From Candidatus Limnocylindrales bacterium (GTDB lineage: Bacteria; Chloroflexota; Limnocylindria; Limnocylindrales; CSP1-4), in contig DASXVG010000087.1 in the NCBI GenBank assembly GCA_036504355.1, positions 25,257 through 89,256 on the forward strand: a stretch of 64,000 bases of DNA, given 5' to 3'. A model generated the notes under the pieces. That model had not been told where the DNA came from, did no database searches, and worked only from the letters and a program-made list of their open reading frames with translations. The translations under genes and the position numbers were made by a program. Every line of letters starts with the position of its first letter. The first letter of the stretch is position 1. Of this stretch, positions 1 to 10,438 are shown piece after piece.

Positions 1-1535
1 TCGCCCTCCTCGACGAGCGCGATCGGCCCGCCGACGGCGGCTTCGGGCGCCACGTGGCCGAGCATCAGCCCGTGCGTCCCGCCGGAGAACCGGCCGTCGG
101 TGAGCAGCGCCACGGACTCGCCGAGGCCCTCGCCCACGAGCGCGCCGGTGACGCTCAGCATCTCCTGCATCCCGGGGCCGCCGATCGGGCCCTCGTAGCG
201 GATCACGACGACGTCGCCCTCGTGGATCTGGCGGTCGCGGACGGCCTTGAAGCACGCGGTCTCGGAGTCGAACACCCGGGCCGGGCCGCGGTGGTGGCGA
301 CGCTCGTGGCCGGCGAGCTTCACGATCGAGCCCTCGGGCGCGAGGCTTCCCTTCAGGATCGCGTGGCCGCCGGTCTCCTTGATCGGGGTCTCGATCGGGT
401 GGACGACCTGCTGACCGGGTGTCTCCGTGACGGCGGCCGCGATCGCCGAGATCGTCCTGCCGTCGACGGTCTTCGCCTCTCCATGGAGGAGGTCGCGCTT
501 GAGCAGCTCGCGCATGACGAGGGCGACGCCGCCCGCCGTGTGCATGTCGGCGGCGGCATATCGCCCGCCCGGTCGCATGTCCGCGATGAGCGGGGTCCGA
601 TCCACGACCCTGGCGTAGTCGTCGAGGGTGAGCGTGAGCCCGAACTCCGACGCGATGGCCGGGAGGTGGAGCGCGGCGTTCGTCGACCCGCCGGTCGCCG
701 ACACCGACGCGATGGCGTTCTCGAACGCGTCGGACGTGGCGATCGTGCTGGGGCGGATGTCGTGGCGCACGAGGTGCATCACGAGTCGGCCGACCTCGCG
801 CGCGGCGTCGTCCTTCGCCGGGTCCTCGGCCGGGATGCCGTTGAGGCCGGCCGGCGAGAGCCCCAGGAACTCCAGCGCCGTGGACATCGTGTTGGCGGTG
901 AACTGGCCGCCACACGCCCCAGCGCCGGGGCAGGCTCCGTTTTCGGCGTCGTACAGCTCCTCGAGGCTGATCCTGCCTGCGCGATACGCGCCGATCGCCT
1001 CGAACACCGTGACGACATCAGCGGGCTTGCCCTTGTACGTGCCCGGGTAGATCGTGCCGTTGTAGAGCACGACGCCCGGGATATCGAGGCGGCCGAGGGC
1101 CATCGCGCCGGCGGGGATCGTCTTGTCGCAGCCCACCAGGCACACGATCCCGTCGAACAGGTGGCCGCGCGCGACGAGCTCGATGGAGTCGGCGATGACC
1201 TCGCGCGACACGAGCGAGGCCTTCATGCCTTCGGTGCCCATCGACACGCCGTCGCTGACCGCGATCGTGTTGAACTCCATCGGCGTGCCGCCCGCCGCCC
1301 GGATGCCCTCCTTGACGAACTCCGCCAGCCGCCGCTGGTTGTAGTTGCAGGGCATCGTCTCGATCCAGGTCGTCGCGACGCCGATGATCGGCTGGCTGAG
1401 GTCGTCGTCCGTGAACCCGATCGCCTTGAGCATCGCCCGCGCCGCGGCGCGGTCGGGCCCGTCGGTCAGCGCGTGGCTGATGCGCTTCGCCGGGTCGCTC
1501 GGGCGGTGGTAGGGGAGCTGCTGGTCCTCGGCCAT
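1..1535 (-). CDS. ilvD: Dihydroxy-acid dehydratase, partial (C-terminus lies beyond the window start)
   Basis: The reverse-complement translation from the ATG at 1535 reads MAEDQQLPYHRPSDPAKRISHALTDGPDRAAARAML...CNYNQRRLAEFVKEG...GACGGQFTANTM..., the classic IlvD/EDD family sequence. The gene is absent from the ORF track only because it runs off the window edge. The long plus-strand ORFs here are GC-rich antisense artefacts. Confidence 0.9.
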   Translation of the reverse strand, partial: MAEDQQLPYHRPSDPAKRISHALTDGPDRAAARAMLKAIGFTDDDLSQPIIGVATTWIETMPCNYNQRRLAEFVKEGIRAAGGTPMEFNTIAVSDGVSMGTEGMKASLVSREVIADSIELVARGHLFDGIVCLVGCDKTIPAGAMALGRLDIPGVVLYNGTIYPGTYKGKPADVVTVFEAIGAYRAGRISLEELYDAENGACPGAGACGGQFTANTMSTALEFLGLSPAGLNGIPAEDPAKDDAAREVGRLVMHLVRHDIRPSTIATSDAFENAIASVSATGGSTNAALHLPAIASEFGLTLTLDDYARVVDRTPLIADMRPGGRYAAADMHTAGGVALVMRELLKRDLLHGEAKTVDGRTISAIAAAVTETPGQQVVHPIETPIKETGGHAILKGSLAPEGSIVKLAGHERRHHRGPARVFDSETACFKAVRDRQIHEGDVVVIRYEGPIGGPGMQEMLSVTGALVGEGLGESVALLTDGRFSGGTHGLMLGHVAPEAAVGGPIALVEEG

Positions 1536-1659
1536 GGCGGGTGTGGTTCCTTCCGGTGCGGGCGCGGGTCGGGGGCGTGGCGCCGCCCGTCAAGGCGGCG
1601 CGGTGCGAACACCAAGTATGGCCCGGGTGGCGCCCGGTTCGCGATCCGCCGGCGGCCGG

Positions 1660-3387
1660 TCAGGCGGCTCCCTCGTCGGGACCGAGCCGCGCACGGACCA
1701 CCGCGCCCGCCGCCCGGCTGCTCGCCTCGTGCCCCGTGACCGCACCGAGGAATGTGTCGCAGCCCACCTCGAAGCCTTCGACGGGCTCGATCGCCGTGAC
1801 GGTCGCGGTGCGCGGCATGGAACGCAGGAGCGCGATCTCGCCGACCCCGTCGCCGGCGCCCTGCTCGTGGTCGGGCCGCCCGTCGATCGTCACGAGGACG
1901 CGACCGGACTCGACCATCACGTAGGTGTCGCCATCCTCGCCCTGGGTCATCAGCGCCTGGCCCGGCGCGAAGCGGACCTCGTGCATCCCCTCGGCGAGGC
2001 GCTCGAGCGCCGCGAGCGGGAGCGGCGCGAACAGCGGGATCGCCCGCAGGAGGCGGGCGTGGCGCTCGGGGAGCACCCCCTCGTGGTCGAGCCGGCGCAC
2101 CCACGGCCAGCCGGCAACGGCGGCGGCCGGGAGCGCGACGCCGATGACGACGAGCGCGGCCTCGATCCCGAGCACGGCGACGAGCGCCGACGCGACCACG
2201 GCGCCCAGCGCGCTTCCGAGGCTCGCGAGCGTCTCGAGCACCGCGAACACGCCGGACCGAGCCGCCATCGCCGTGCCGCGCTGGAGAAGCGTCAGGCCTG
2301 CAACGTCGAGCAGCGCGTTGCCGACGCCGACGACCGCGAGGGCGAGGATCGCGACGACGGGGCTGGGCGCCATCCCGATCACAATGAGCGGGGCGCCCCA
2401 CGCGATGAGCGCGACCCCGAACAGGCCGGCGAGCCGGCGACCGGTGCCCACCGCCAGCGCGAGCACGGCGCCCACGATCCCGCCGGCGCCGATCGCGGCG
2501 CCCAGGACGCCGACGCCCGGGTCGCCCATGCCGAGGACGTCGATCGCGAGCACGGCGAGGAAGGTCGTGAGCGCGCCGCGGACCACGACCTGGACGCCGA
2601 ACGAGGCCATCACGACCCCGGCCGGGACGCGTCGGACGAGCTCGCGGAGGCCGGTGATGAGGGGCATGCCTCGGACGCGCGCGGCGGGTGCGACCCGGGC
2701 GGCGGCCGAGACCGTGACCCCGAGCGCGACCACCGCGGCGACGACCCCCGCCGCCGCGGCCAGCGCGGCCGCGGGCGCCGCCCCGGAGCGCGCGACCGCG
2801 AGCCCGGCGACCAGCGGCCCGAGGAACGTCCCGACACTCTCGCCGAGCGCGGCCGCCGTGTTCGCGCTCACGAGGTCCTCGGGGCGCTCGGCGACCGCCG
2901 GCAGCAGCGTCAGCGTGATCGGTCGGACGAGCGCGCCCGCGGCGGACGCGACCGCGACGGCGACGAACGCGAGGGGCGGCAGGCCCGTCAGGACGGCGGC
3001 GGCGACCGTCGCCGCACCGGTGGCGCGGACCAGGTGGACGGCGACGAGCCCGCGTTCGGGACGGCGCCAGGCGCCGGTGTCGACGACGATGTTGACCAGG
3101 GTCGCGGGGAGCAGGCGGGTGAGCGTGACGAGGCCGACGAGCAGCGCCCCGCCCGCGGCGTACGCGACGACGAGCGCCACGACGAGGATCGCCCAGTCCA
3201 CGCCGACGCCGATCGTCCACGACAGCTCGAGCGAGCGGATGTCAGGGTTGCGCAGGACGCGGACGAGCGAGCGCGCCGCGGCGCGCAGGTGCGATTCCGG
3301 GCGCGCACGGTCCCCGCCGGACGTCGACGTGGACGTGGACGTGGCGCCGGACGCCGGCGACCTGGGCGGGACGGGCTCGTTCCCCAC
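1660..3387 (-). CDS. MFS transporter fused to a C-terminal cyclic-nucleotide-binding (cNMP/CAP-like) domain
   Basis: The 575-aa ORF has about 12 hydrophobic helices. Its C-terminus reads GEDGDTYVMVESGRVLVTIDGR...GEIALLRSMPRTATVTA, a typical cNMP-binding beta-roll. The exact start is uncertain. Confidence 0.7.
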   Translation of the reverse strand: MGNEPVPPRSPASGATSTSTSTSGGDRARPESHLRAAARSLVRVLRNPDIRSLELSWTIGVGVDWAILVVALVVAYAAGGALLVGLVTLTRLLPATLVNIVVDTGAWRRPERGLVAVHLVRATGAATVAAAVLTGLPPLAFVAVAVASAAGALVRPITLTLLPAVAERPEDLVSANTAAALGESVGTFLGPLVAGLAVARSGAAPAAALAAAAGVVAAVVALGVTVSAAARVAPAARVRGMPLITGLRELVRRVPAGVVMASFGVQVVVRGALTTFLAVLAIDVLGMGDPGVGVLGAAIGAGGIVGAVLALAVGTGRRLAGLFGVALIAWGAPLIVIGMAPSPVVAILALAVVGVGNALLDVAGLTLLQRGTAMAARSGVFAVLETLASLGSALGAVVASALVAVLGIEAALVVIGVALPAAAVAGWPWVRRLDHEGVLPERHARLLRAIPLFAPLPLAALERLAEGMHEVRFAPGQALMTQGEDGDTYVMVESGRVLVTIDGRPDHEQGAGDGVGEIALLRSMPRTATVTAIEPVEGFEVGCDTFLGAVTGHEASSRAAGAVVRARLGPDEGAA

Positions 3388-3441
3388 GGTTCGCCGAACG
3401 CTACCCGGTGCGAGCGCGCGGCGTCCCGTCCGCTGGACGGG

Positions 3442-5199
3442 TCAGGACAGCGCGGCGGGCACGGGCATCGGCCGCGCCTGGGTGGCGACGCCGGCGGCCC
3501 ACCTGTCGACGAGCCGGGCGAGCGTCGGCAGCGGGAGCGCGCCGTCGGACAGGATCGCGTCGTGGAACCCGCGGATGTCGAACGCCGAACCAAGCCGTCG
3601 CTGGGCGTCGTGACGCATGTGCATCAGCTCCAGCTGGCCGGTCTTGTACGCGAGCGCCTGGCCGGGGAGCGCGATGTAGCGGTCCACCTCGTCGGCGACG
3701 GCCCGCGGCGTGAGCGCGCTGTGCGCGAGCATGAAGTCGATAGCCTGCTGGCGCGACCAGCCCATTGCGTGGATGCCCGTGTCGACGACCAGGCGCGTTG
3801 CGCGCCACGAGTCGAACGAGACCATCCCGATCCGGTCCACGTCGCCGGTGTACAGCCCCATCTCGTCGGCGAGCCGCTCCGCGTACAGGCCCCAGCCCTC
3901 GAAGTACGCCGTCGGACCAAGGTGGCGACGGAACTCGGGCAGGCCGGCAACCTCCTGGCCGAGCGCGGCCTGGAGATGGTGACCGGGGACAGCCTCGTGG
4001 TACGCGAGCGCCTCCGCCTCGTAGCACGGGCGTTCGGCGGGGCGCGAGGTGTTGATGACGTAGACGCCCGGCCGCGAGCCGTCGGCCGCGGGTGCGCGGT
4101 AGTAGGCCGCTCCCGAGTGGTCCTCCTCGTGCGGGGGCATCTCGAGGATCGTGCACGCCGCCGCGGGGAGCCGTCCGAACCAGGCCGGGGCCACCTCGTT
4201 TGCCCGTCGCAGGCTCGACGCCGCCTTCTCGAACACCTCCTCGCGCGACCCGAAGTACAGGGATGGCTGTGCGCGGAGGGCGGCCAGCGCGTCGGCGAGC
4301 GTCGAGGTGCCGATCGTCCTCCCGGCAAGCTCCAGCATCTCCGCGTCGATCCGCGCGATCTCGGCGTGTCCGATGCGGTGGAGCGTCTCCGCGTCGATGT
4401 CGACCGAGGTGTGCATCCGGATCAGGTTCCGGTAGCCCTCGGCCCCGCCCGGGACGACGCACATGCCGGGCTCGTCGTCCGAGCGCGCGACCGGGAGCAC
4501 CTCCGCCACGAGCGCGTCGTGGAGCGCGACGAACGCCGGACGGATCTCGTCGCGGACGATCGCCGTGAGCGAGTCCGTGAACGCGGTGCGCTGCGCCTCG
4601 CTCCAGCCGTCGAGCGTCGGCAGCGTCGCGAGCGGCTCGAGCAGCGGCCACGCATCGACCGGCGAATCGAGCAGCTCCGACATCACTGCCACCGTCCGCC
4701 GGACGGGAGACGCGCTGGCGACCCGGCCGTCCGCGAGACTCCGGCGCAACGTGCTCAGCTGCTCGCGCGAGTACCGGGCCATCTCCCGCCAGCGTGACAG
4801 CATCCGCTCGCCGTCCTCGGGCGACTCGAGGCGCTGGTACGCGGGGAGCGACAGGAACTCGACCGGGGCGCCCTCCAGCGGGCTGACGCCCCACTCGAGC
4901 AGGCCCGTGCGGAGCTCGGCGAGGTCGGCCGCGATCGACCCCTGGAGCGCCGACAGGGTCACCTGGTCCTCGGTGTCGAGGCGCTCGGCGTCGATCGCGT
5001 TCGCCCGTGCCAGCAGTCCGTCGAACCGCGCCGACGTCGCCCTCGTCCCCTCGGGCGTGTGGGTGGCCAGCTGATCGTCGAAGCGCACGTCGCCGATGTA
5101 CGTCGCGTTGAGCGGGTTTGCCTCGAGGTAGGCCTGCCAGTACTCGGACGCGAGCGCGTCCAGGGCAGCCGAATCGGTCATCCGCTCCATGGCGGCCAT
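3442..5199 (-). CDS. DUF885-family protein (predicted metallopeptidase-like)
   Basis: The ORF track lists 3442..5253. The likely start is the internal MAAMERM. The HEAVPGHH motif and overall length are typical of DUF885 proteins. Confidence 0.65.
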   Translation of the reverse strand: MAAMERMTDSAALDALASEYWQAYLEANPLNATYIGDVRFDDQLATHTPEGTRATSARFDGLLARANAIDAERLDTEDQVTLSALQGSIAADLAELRTGLLEWGVSPLEGAPVEFLSLPAYQRLESPEDGERMLSRWREMARYSREQLSTLRRSLADGRVASASPVRRTVAVMSELLDSPVDAWPLLEPLATLPTLDGWSEAQRTAFTDSLTAIVRDEIRPAFVALHDALVAEVLPVARSDDEPGMCVVPGGAEGYRNLIRMHTSVDIDAETLHRIGHAEIARIDAEMLELAGRTIGTSTLADALAALRAQPSLYFGSREEVFEKAASSLRRANEVAPAWFGRLPAAACTILEMPPHEEDHSGAAYYRAPAADGSRPGVYVINTSRPAERPCYEAEALAYHEAVPGHHLQAALGQEVAGLPEFRRHLGPTAYFEGWGLYAERLADEMGLYTGDVDRIGMVSFDSWRATRLVVDTGIHAMGWSRQQAIDFMLAHSALTPRAVADEVDRYIALPGQALAYKTGQLELMHMRHDAQRRLGSAFDIRGFHDAILSDGALPLPTLARLVDRWAAGVATQARPMPVPAALS

Positions 5200-5270
5200 G
5201 CTATCGAGGCCATGCGTCCATGGGACCACCCCGCGGTGTCGGCTTCGCGACACCGGCGTGACACGGACGT

Positions 5271-6452
5271 TCAGCGAAGACAGGCGCCGGTGTCCACCTC
5301 GCCCGTCCGGCCGAGGCCGGGCTGGACGCGGACGGCGACGCTCGTCGGCGTGAGGGCGTACCCGACGTTGTCGTCGGTGCGCGACTCCGCGAACACGAGC
5401 CCGCCGATCGTCCCGTCCTCGAGGATGAGCGGCCCGCCCGAGTCGCCAGGCTCGACCGCGGCCCGGAGCTCCAGGATGTCCCGCGTGACGAGCGCCCGCC
5501 CGTAGATGTCGCGACCCTGCGCCGCGTAGCCACCCGTGACGGCGGCCGGCAGGACGACGAGCGGGCCGCCCCGGGCGAAGCCGAGCGCCGCGCCAAGCGC
5601 CCCGCGCCGGGGGTCCGAGCTCGCGAACCGAAGTGCGGGGGCGTCGATCCGCGGCGCGTACAGCAGGGCGACGTCGAGCGTCGGGTCGAACAGGACGACC
5701 GTCGCGTCCGCGGCGCCCGACGGCAGCTCGACGCGGATCGTGGACGAGCCGGCCACGACGTGCGCGTTGGTGACGAGGTAGCCGGGCGCGATCACGGCGG
5801 CCGTGCCCGTGACCTGGGTGTCACAGGCGCGGGCGGTCACGCGTGCCGTGCCGGGGGTCGCGGCGCGGGCGATCGCGGCGGCCCTGGGGTCGCTCGGCGT
5901 GTCGACCGGCGCCAGCGGGACGGGCTCGAGGCCGACGAACACGTCGGGCAGCCCGGACGCATCGATCACGCCGGCGATCTCGCCCACGACCTCGGTGGGC
6001 GCGGGCAGGAACCGGTCCGTGAGGCGGACCGCCGTGGAGCTGGCGGCCGCGCGGCCCAGGGTCGGCAGCCCGCTCACCGCGAGCAGCCCGCCGGCGAGCC
6101 AGATGATGAGGATCGCCTGGGCCGCCCCGACGATCCCGCCCGCCGCCCGGTCCAGCCCCGAGATCACGCCCGCGCCGAGGCTGTCCGCGAGCGCATGGCC
6201 GAGCGCAGACCCCAGGGCCTCGCCCGCGATGACGCCGCCGAGCAGGACTCCCAGGACGACGAGCGCGCGGGCGATGGGCTCGAGGTCCCTGGTGACGTCG
6301 AGCAGCCACGGCGCGACCTGGAACAGCAGGAGCAGGGCGGCGACCGCCCCGACGATCCCCCCAACCTGCGGCAGGGCGCCCGTCCGGATGCCGGCGACGA
6401 TCGCGAACACGAGGATCGCGAGCGCGAAGATGTCGAACGGGTTCAGGTCCAC
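5271..6452 (-). CDS. Membrane-anchored trypsin-like serine protease with an N-terminal CvpA domain (MarP/Rv3671c-like)
   Basis: N-terminal TM helices resemble the CvpA/colicin V production fold. The C-terminal S1 protease domain carries TNAHVV (His) and GDSGGP (Ser) motifs. Confidence 0.7.
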   Translation of the reverse strand: MDLNPFDIFALAILVFAIVAGIRTGALPQVGGIVGAVAALLLLFQVAPWLLDVTRDLEPIARALVVLGVLLGGVIAGEALGSALGHALADSLGAGVISGLDRAAGGIVGAAQAILIIWLAGGLLAVSGLPTLGRAAASSTAVRLTDRFLPAPTEVVGEIAGVIDASGLPDVFVGLEPVPLAPVDTPSDPRAAAIARAATPGTARVTARACDTQVTGTAAVIAPGYLVTNAHVVAGSSTIRVELPSGAADATVVLFDPTLDVALLYAPRIDAPALRFASSDPRRGALGAALGFARGGPLVVLPAAVTGGYAAQGRDIYGRALVTRDILELRAAVEPGDSGGPLILEDGTIGGLVFAESRTDDNVGYALTPTSVAVRVQPGLGRTGEVDTGACLR

Positions 6453-6516
6453 CGCTGGAGTATCGAGGAGGTGGCCGAACGGCGCCGTGGACGGCGGTCC
6501 CGGTGGCCGGATGGGG

Positions 6517-7149
6517 TCAGCCCGCGAGCGTCGTCCCCAGGCGGGTGTCCACGCGCGGCGGGTTCGCCGCCTCCCACGCGTCGATCGCCGCGTCCTTGGC
6601 CAGCACGTACCCGATCTCGTCCGTGCCCGCCATGAGCATCATCTTGCTGAACGGGTCCACGTCGAAGTCGATCGTGCTGCCGTCCGGGAGGAGGATCCCC
6701 TGCTCCGCGAGGTCCACGCGGATCTCGGCGTCCGGGTCGCCGGCGATGAGCTCGAACAGCCGCCGGTGCGTCGCCGGGTCCACGACGATCGGCAGGACGC
6801 CGTTCTTGAGCGAGTTGCTCTTGAAGATGTCCGCGAACGAGGTCGAGAGGATCGCCTGGATGCCCCAGCTGCGGAGCGCCCACGGGGCGTGCTCGCGGGA
6901 GCTGCCGGTACCGAAGTTGTCGCCCGCGAGGAGCACCCTGCGCCCAGCCATGCCCGGCTGGTCGAGGATGAACGGCGGATCCTTCTTCGTCCCGTCCTCC
7001 TCGAACCGCCAGTCGCGGAACAGCGCGTCCGCGAGGCCCTCCTTGTCGGTGACCTTGAGATAGCGCGCGGGGACGATCTGGTCCGTGTCGACGTTCTCGG
7101 CCGCCCACGGGACGATCCGGCTGCTGAACGCGCGGAAGCCCTCGGCCAT
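6517..7149 (-). CDS. leuD: 3-isopropylmalate dehydratase small subunit
   Basis: MAEGFRAFSSRIVPW..NVDTDQIVPARYLK..LLAGDNFGTGSSREHAPWAL is a clear LeuD sequence. The start codon CAT at 7147-7149 was confirmed on the forward strand. Confidence 0.9.
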   Translation of the reverse strand: MAEGFRAFSSRIVPWAAENVDTDQIVPARYLKVTDKEGLADALFRDWRFEEDGTKKDPPFILDQPGMAGRRVLLAGDNFGTGSSREHAPWALRSWGIQAILSTSFADIFKSNSLKNGVLPIVVDPATHRRLFELIAGDPDAEIRVDLAEQGILLPDGSTIDFDVDPFSKMMLMAGTDEIGYVLAKDAAIDAWEAANPPRVDTRLGTTLAG

Positions 7150-7150
7150 C

Positions 7151-8593
7151 TCAGTACCCCCCGCCGACGGTGACCAGCGACTCGACGCCGGGGAGCGTCC
7201 GCGGGTCGGTGACGCGACCGGTGATAGCGGAGGCTGCTGCGGTCAGCGGGCTTGCGAGGAACGTTCGCCCGCCCTTGCCCTGGCGGCCCTCGAAGTTGCG
7301 GTTGGAGGTGCTGATCGCGTACTGGCCGGGCGACAGCTGGTCGCCGTTCATCGCGATGCACATCGAGCAGCCGGACTCGCGCCACTCGGCCCCGGCGGCC
7401 CGGAAGATCTCGTCGAGGCCCTCGCGCTCGGCCTGCGCCTTCACCTGCTGGCTGCCCGGGACGATCATCAGCCGCACGCCGTCCGCGGCCTTGCGGTCCT
7501 TGAGCACCGACGCGGCGAGCCGCAGGTCGCTGATCCGGCTGTTGGTGCAGCTGCCGATGAACACGACGTCGACCGGCTGGCCGGCGATCGGGTCGCCGGG
7601 CGTCAGCCCCATGTACTCGAACGCGCGCTCGAGCCCGCGGCGCGTCTGGTCGTCGGCGGCGTCCTCGGGGCGGGGGAGGCGGGCGCTGATCGGGACGCCC
7701 ATGCCGGGGTTGTTGCCCCAGGTGACCATCGGCTCGAGCGCCGTCGCGTCGAGGATGATCGACCTGTCGAAGGTCGCGTCGTCGTCGGTCGGGAGGCTCC
7801 GCCAGCGCGCGAGGGCCGCGTCCCAGGCGGCGCTATGCGGGGCGTGGCGGCGGCCGTGGAGGTACTCGAACGTCGTGTCGTCAGGGGCGACGAGGCCGGC
7901 CCTCGCGCCGCCCTCGATGCTCATGTTGCAGATCGTCATCCGCTGCTCCATGTTGAGCGCGCGGATGCCCTCGCCGCGGAACTCGAACACGTGCCCCGTG
8001 CCGCCGCCGATGCCGATGCGGGCGATCAGGGCAAGGATGATGTCCTTCGCGCTGACGCCGGGGCTGAGTCGGCCGTCGACGCGGACCTCGTACGTCTTCG
8101 GCTGACGCTGGAGGAGCGTCTGGGTCGCGAGGACCATCTCCACCTCGCTCGTCCCGATCCCGAACGCGAGCGCGCCGAACGCGCCATGGGTCGCCGTGTG
8201 CGAGTCGCCGCACACGATGGTCATGCCCGGCTGGGTGAGCCCGAGCTCCGGACCGATGACGTGGACGATGCCCTGGGTGTCGCTGCCGAATGCGTGGAGG
8301 GGGATGCCGAACTCGGCGCAGTTCGTCTCGAGCTGCCGGATCTGGGCTGCCGCCTGGAGGTCGACCATCGGCAGGCCGCGGGGCGTCGTGGGCGTCCCGT
8401 GGTCCGCGGTCGCGACGGTCTTGTCCGGACGCCTGACGCCGATGCCCCTGGCGCGGAGCCCCGTGAACGCCTGCGGGCTCGTGACCTCGTGGACGAGGTG
8501 GAGGTCGATCGCGAGGACGGCGGGCGCCCCCTCGTCCTGCGTGACGACGTGGGCGTCCCAGATCTTCTCGACGAGTGTTCGCGGGTTGGTCAT
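7151..8593 (-). CDS. leuC: 3-isopropylmalate dehydratase large subunit
   Basis: The true start is the internal [17 protein letters not shown]... The region upstream of it in the 681-aa track ORF is non-coding. Aconitase-family motifs are present (GIVHVI, GDSHT, GSCTNSR). Its stop abuts the leuD start. Confidence 0.9.
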   Translation of the reverse strand: MTNPRTLVEKIWDAHVVTQDEGAPAVLAIDLHLVHEVTSPQAFTGLRARGIGVRRPDKTVATADHGTPTTPRGLPMVDLQAAAQIRQLETNCAEFGIPLHAFGSDTQGIVHVIGPELGLTQPGMTIVCGDSHTATHGAFGALAFGIGTSEVEMVLATQTLLQRQPKTYEVRVDGRLSPGVSAKDIILALIARIGIGGGTGHVFEFRGEGIRALNMEQRMTICNMSIEGGARAGLVAPDDTTFEYLHGRRHAPHSAAWDAALARWRSLPTDDDATFDRSIILDATALEPMVTWGNNPGMGVPISARLPRPEDAADDQTRRGLERAFEYMGLTPGDPIAGQPVDVVFIGSCTNSRISDLRLAASVLKDRKAADGVRLMIVPGSQQVKAQAEREGLDEIFRAAGAEWRESGCSMCIAMNGDQLSPGQYAISTSNRNFEGRQGKGGRTFLASPLTAAASAITGRVTDPRTLPGVESLVTVGGGY

Positions 8594-8974
8594 TGCGGCT
8601 GGTGCTCTGCTGCGGCTGCGAGGGACTAGGAAGGGTAGCAGCGCCGCGAGCAACGGCGGCCGGACGACGAGCGAGCGGCAGGCATGCGCGCGCCGGCGGC
8701 GGCGTGCCCGCGAGTGCAACAGGGATGCAATTCGCCACCCGGGCCGCGGACCGCGGACGTGCCCTCGCGACACATACGGTCGGGGAGCGCCGCACTCCCA
8801 GTCGGTCGGCAACCCATCAACCCGCGCCGCTTCTCCGGGAAGCCATGGCGCTGCCGCCCCTGGAGTGTCATGCCCCTCGCTGCTCCGCCGCGCCGTGCTG
8901 TCCGCCGCGCCGTCCCCGTCGTTCCTCCGGCGATCCCGGCTGTGCACCCCGCGACTGCCGTCGCGAGCATCAGG

Positions 8975-10435
8975 ATGCTGGTCGTCGTGTCCGAAGCACC
9001 CCCGATCGTGTCGGGGGTGAGCCGGACCGTCGATCGCCTGCGGCGCGATCTCGCCACGCAGGGCATCCTCGCCGACGTGATCTCGGCCAACGAGATGCGC
9101 CGGTGGTCGTTCGGCGAGGCGCGAATCAGCTCCTTCGCCTGGCACTGGCCGCGCCTCTCGCGCCGGTTCGGCGACTACGACGTCATCAACCTCCACGGTC
9201 CGGCGCCCACGATGAGCGACCTGTTCCTGGCCGCCTATCGGGCAACGCCGATGCGCTCACGACCCCCCCTCGTCTACACCCATCACTCGGCGGTTGACCT
9301 CGCCGGCCTCGGGCCGCTGTGCCGCCTGTACGACTCGGTGACCGCCCGCCTGGCAGCCTTCGCCGACCGCATCATCGTGACGTCCGAGTCGTATGCGATC
9401 GCCATCGCGACCCCGAACGGGCCAGCCGTGGACGTGATCCCCTGGGGAGTTGACGCGGCGCAGTTCGAGGCTCCGGGCCGATCGCCCCGTCGACCCGGCG
9501 ATCCGCTGCGGGTGCTGTTCCTCGGCCAGCTCCGGCCGTACAAGGGCGTCGAGGTCCTTCTCGAGTCGGTCCGCGACGTCGACGGGCTGGAGCTGACGAT
9601 CGCCGGCGGCGGACCGCTCGAAGGATCGCTGACGAGCGCCGCCAGCACGGCCGCCAACGTCATGATGCTCGGGTGCCAGGCCGAGGACGACCTGCCGGCC
9701 CTGTTCGCGCGCCATGACGTGATCGCCCTTCCCTCCACGACCCGGGCGGAGGCCTTCGGGCTGGTCCTGCTCGAGGGCATGGCGGCGGGGTGCGTGCCGG
9801 TCGCCTCCGATCTGCCGGGCGTGCGCGACGTGGCGGGGCCGACGGGCGTCGTCGTTCCGGTGGGTGACGTGGCCGCACTGCGGGTCGCGCTCGTTGCGCT
9901 GGCGAACGACCCGGACAGGCTGCATTCGCTGAGCACGGCATCCGTGGAACGAGCCCGCGTCCGGAGCTGGGAGCGGACCGCCAGCCGGTATGCCGAGACG
10001 ATCCGGGAGGCCGTCGTCGATGGTCACCGCCAGCGTACGCGCCACCTCCTGCCGAGGATGCTCCGGCAGCCGGAGCAGGCCATGGGCGCCATCGCCCGAC
10101 GGTTCGGCGCCACGTGGTGGTCGCTGATCGTGTTCCCGGGTGCGGATGCCGCCCAGCCCGTTGCGTGGGGGCGTGCCGCGGAGCCCGCGTCCGCCGGCCA
10201 GCCATCGCGGATCGCGGCGTACGTGGCCCGGGAGGGCCGGCCCATGCTCCTGGGCCCGGGCGGCGACGCCGGAGCCGGGGAGCTGATGACTCGGCGCGAC
10301 GTCGCGAGTGCGCTCGCGATCCCCGTCCGCATCAGCGGCTCGGGTATGGGGGTCCTCACCCTCTCGGTCGGCAGCGCCGACGCTCGGCGCTACACCCATG
10401 CGGACCGCGACCGGCTGGCCGAGCTGGTCGCCTGA
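8975..10435 (+). CDS. GT4 (GT-B) glycosyltransferase with a C-terminal GAF-like sensor domain
   Basis: The N-terminal roughly 370 aa match glycosyltransferase family 4 ([18 protein letters not shown]). The C-terminal roughly 110 aa ([18 protein letters not shown]...MGVLTLSV...[10 protein letters not shown]) look like a GAF fold. The ATG at 8975 ([10 protein letters not shown]) is the chosen start. Confidence 0.65.
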   Translation: MLVVVSEAPPIVSGVSRTVDRLRRDLATQGILADVISANEMRRWSFGEARISSFAWHWPRLSRRFGDYDVINLHGPAPTMSDLFLAAYRATPMRSRPPLVYTHHSAVDLAGLGPLCRLYDSVTARLAAFADRIIVTSESYAIAIATPNGPAVDVIPWGVDAAQFEAPGRSPRRPGDPLRVLFLGQLRPYKGVEVLLESVRDVDGLELTIAGGGPLEGSLTSAASTAANVMMLGCQAEDDLPALFARHDVIALPSTTRAEAFGLVLLEGMAAGCVPVASDLPGVRDVAGPTGVVVPVGDVAALRVALVALANDPDRLHSLSTASVERARVRSWERTASRYAETIREAVVDGHRQRTRHLLPRMLRQPEQAMGAIARRFGATWWSLIVFPGADAAQPVAWGRAAEPASAGQPSRIAAYVAREGRPMLLGPGGDAGAGELMTRRDVASALAIPVRISGSGMGVLTLSVGSADARRYTHADRDRLAELVA

Positions 10436-10438
10436 TCG

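Noticed and set aside
54-4797. Very long plus-strand ORFs (54..1739, 1534..4797) and many other 100-1100-aa ORFs full of Arg/Ala/Gly/Pro
   Set aside because: They lie antisense or out of frame to clearly recognisable genes (ilvD, MFS, DUF885). Their composition is the classic high-GC artefact, and they have no motifs. The same applies to 60486..63842(-), which lies antisense to the cyclase gene.
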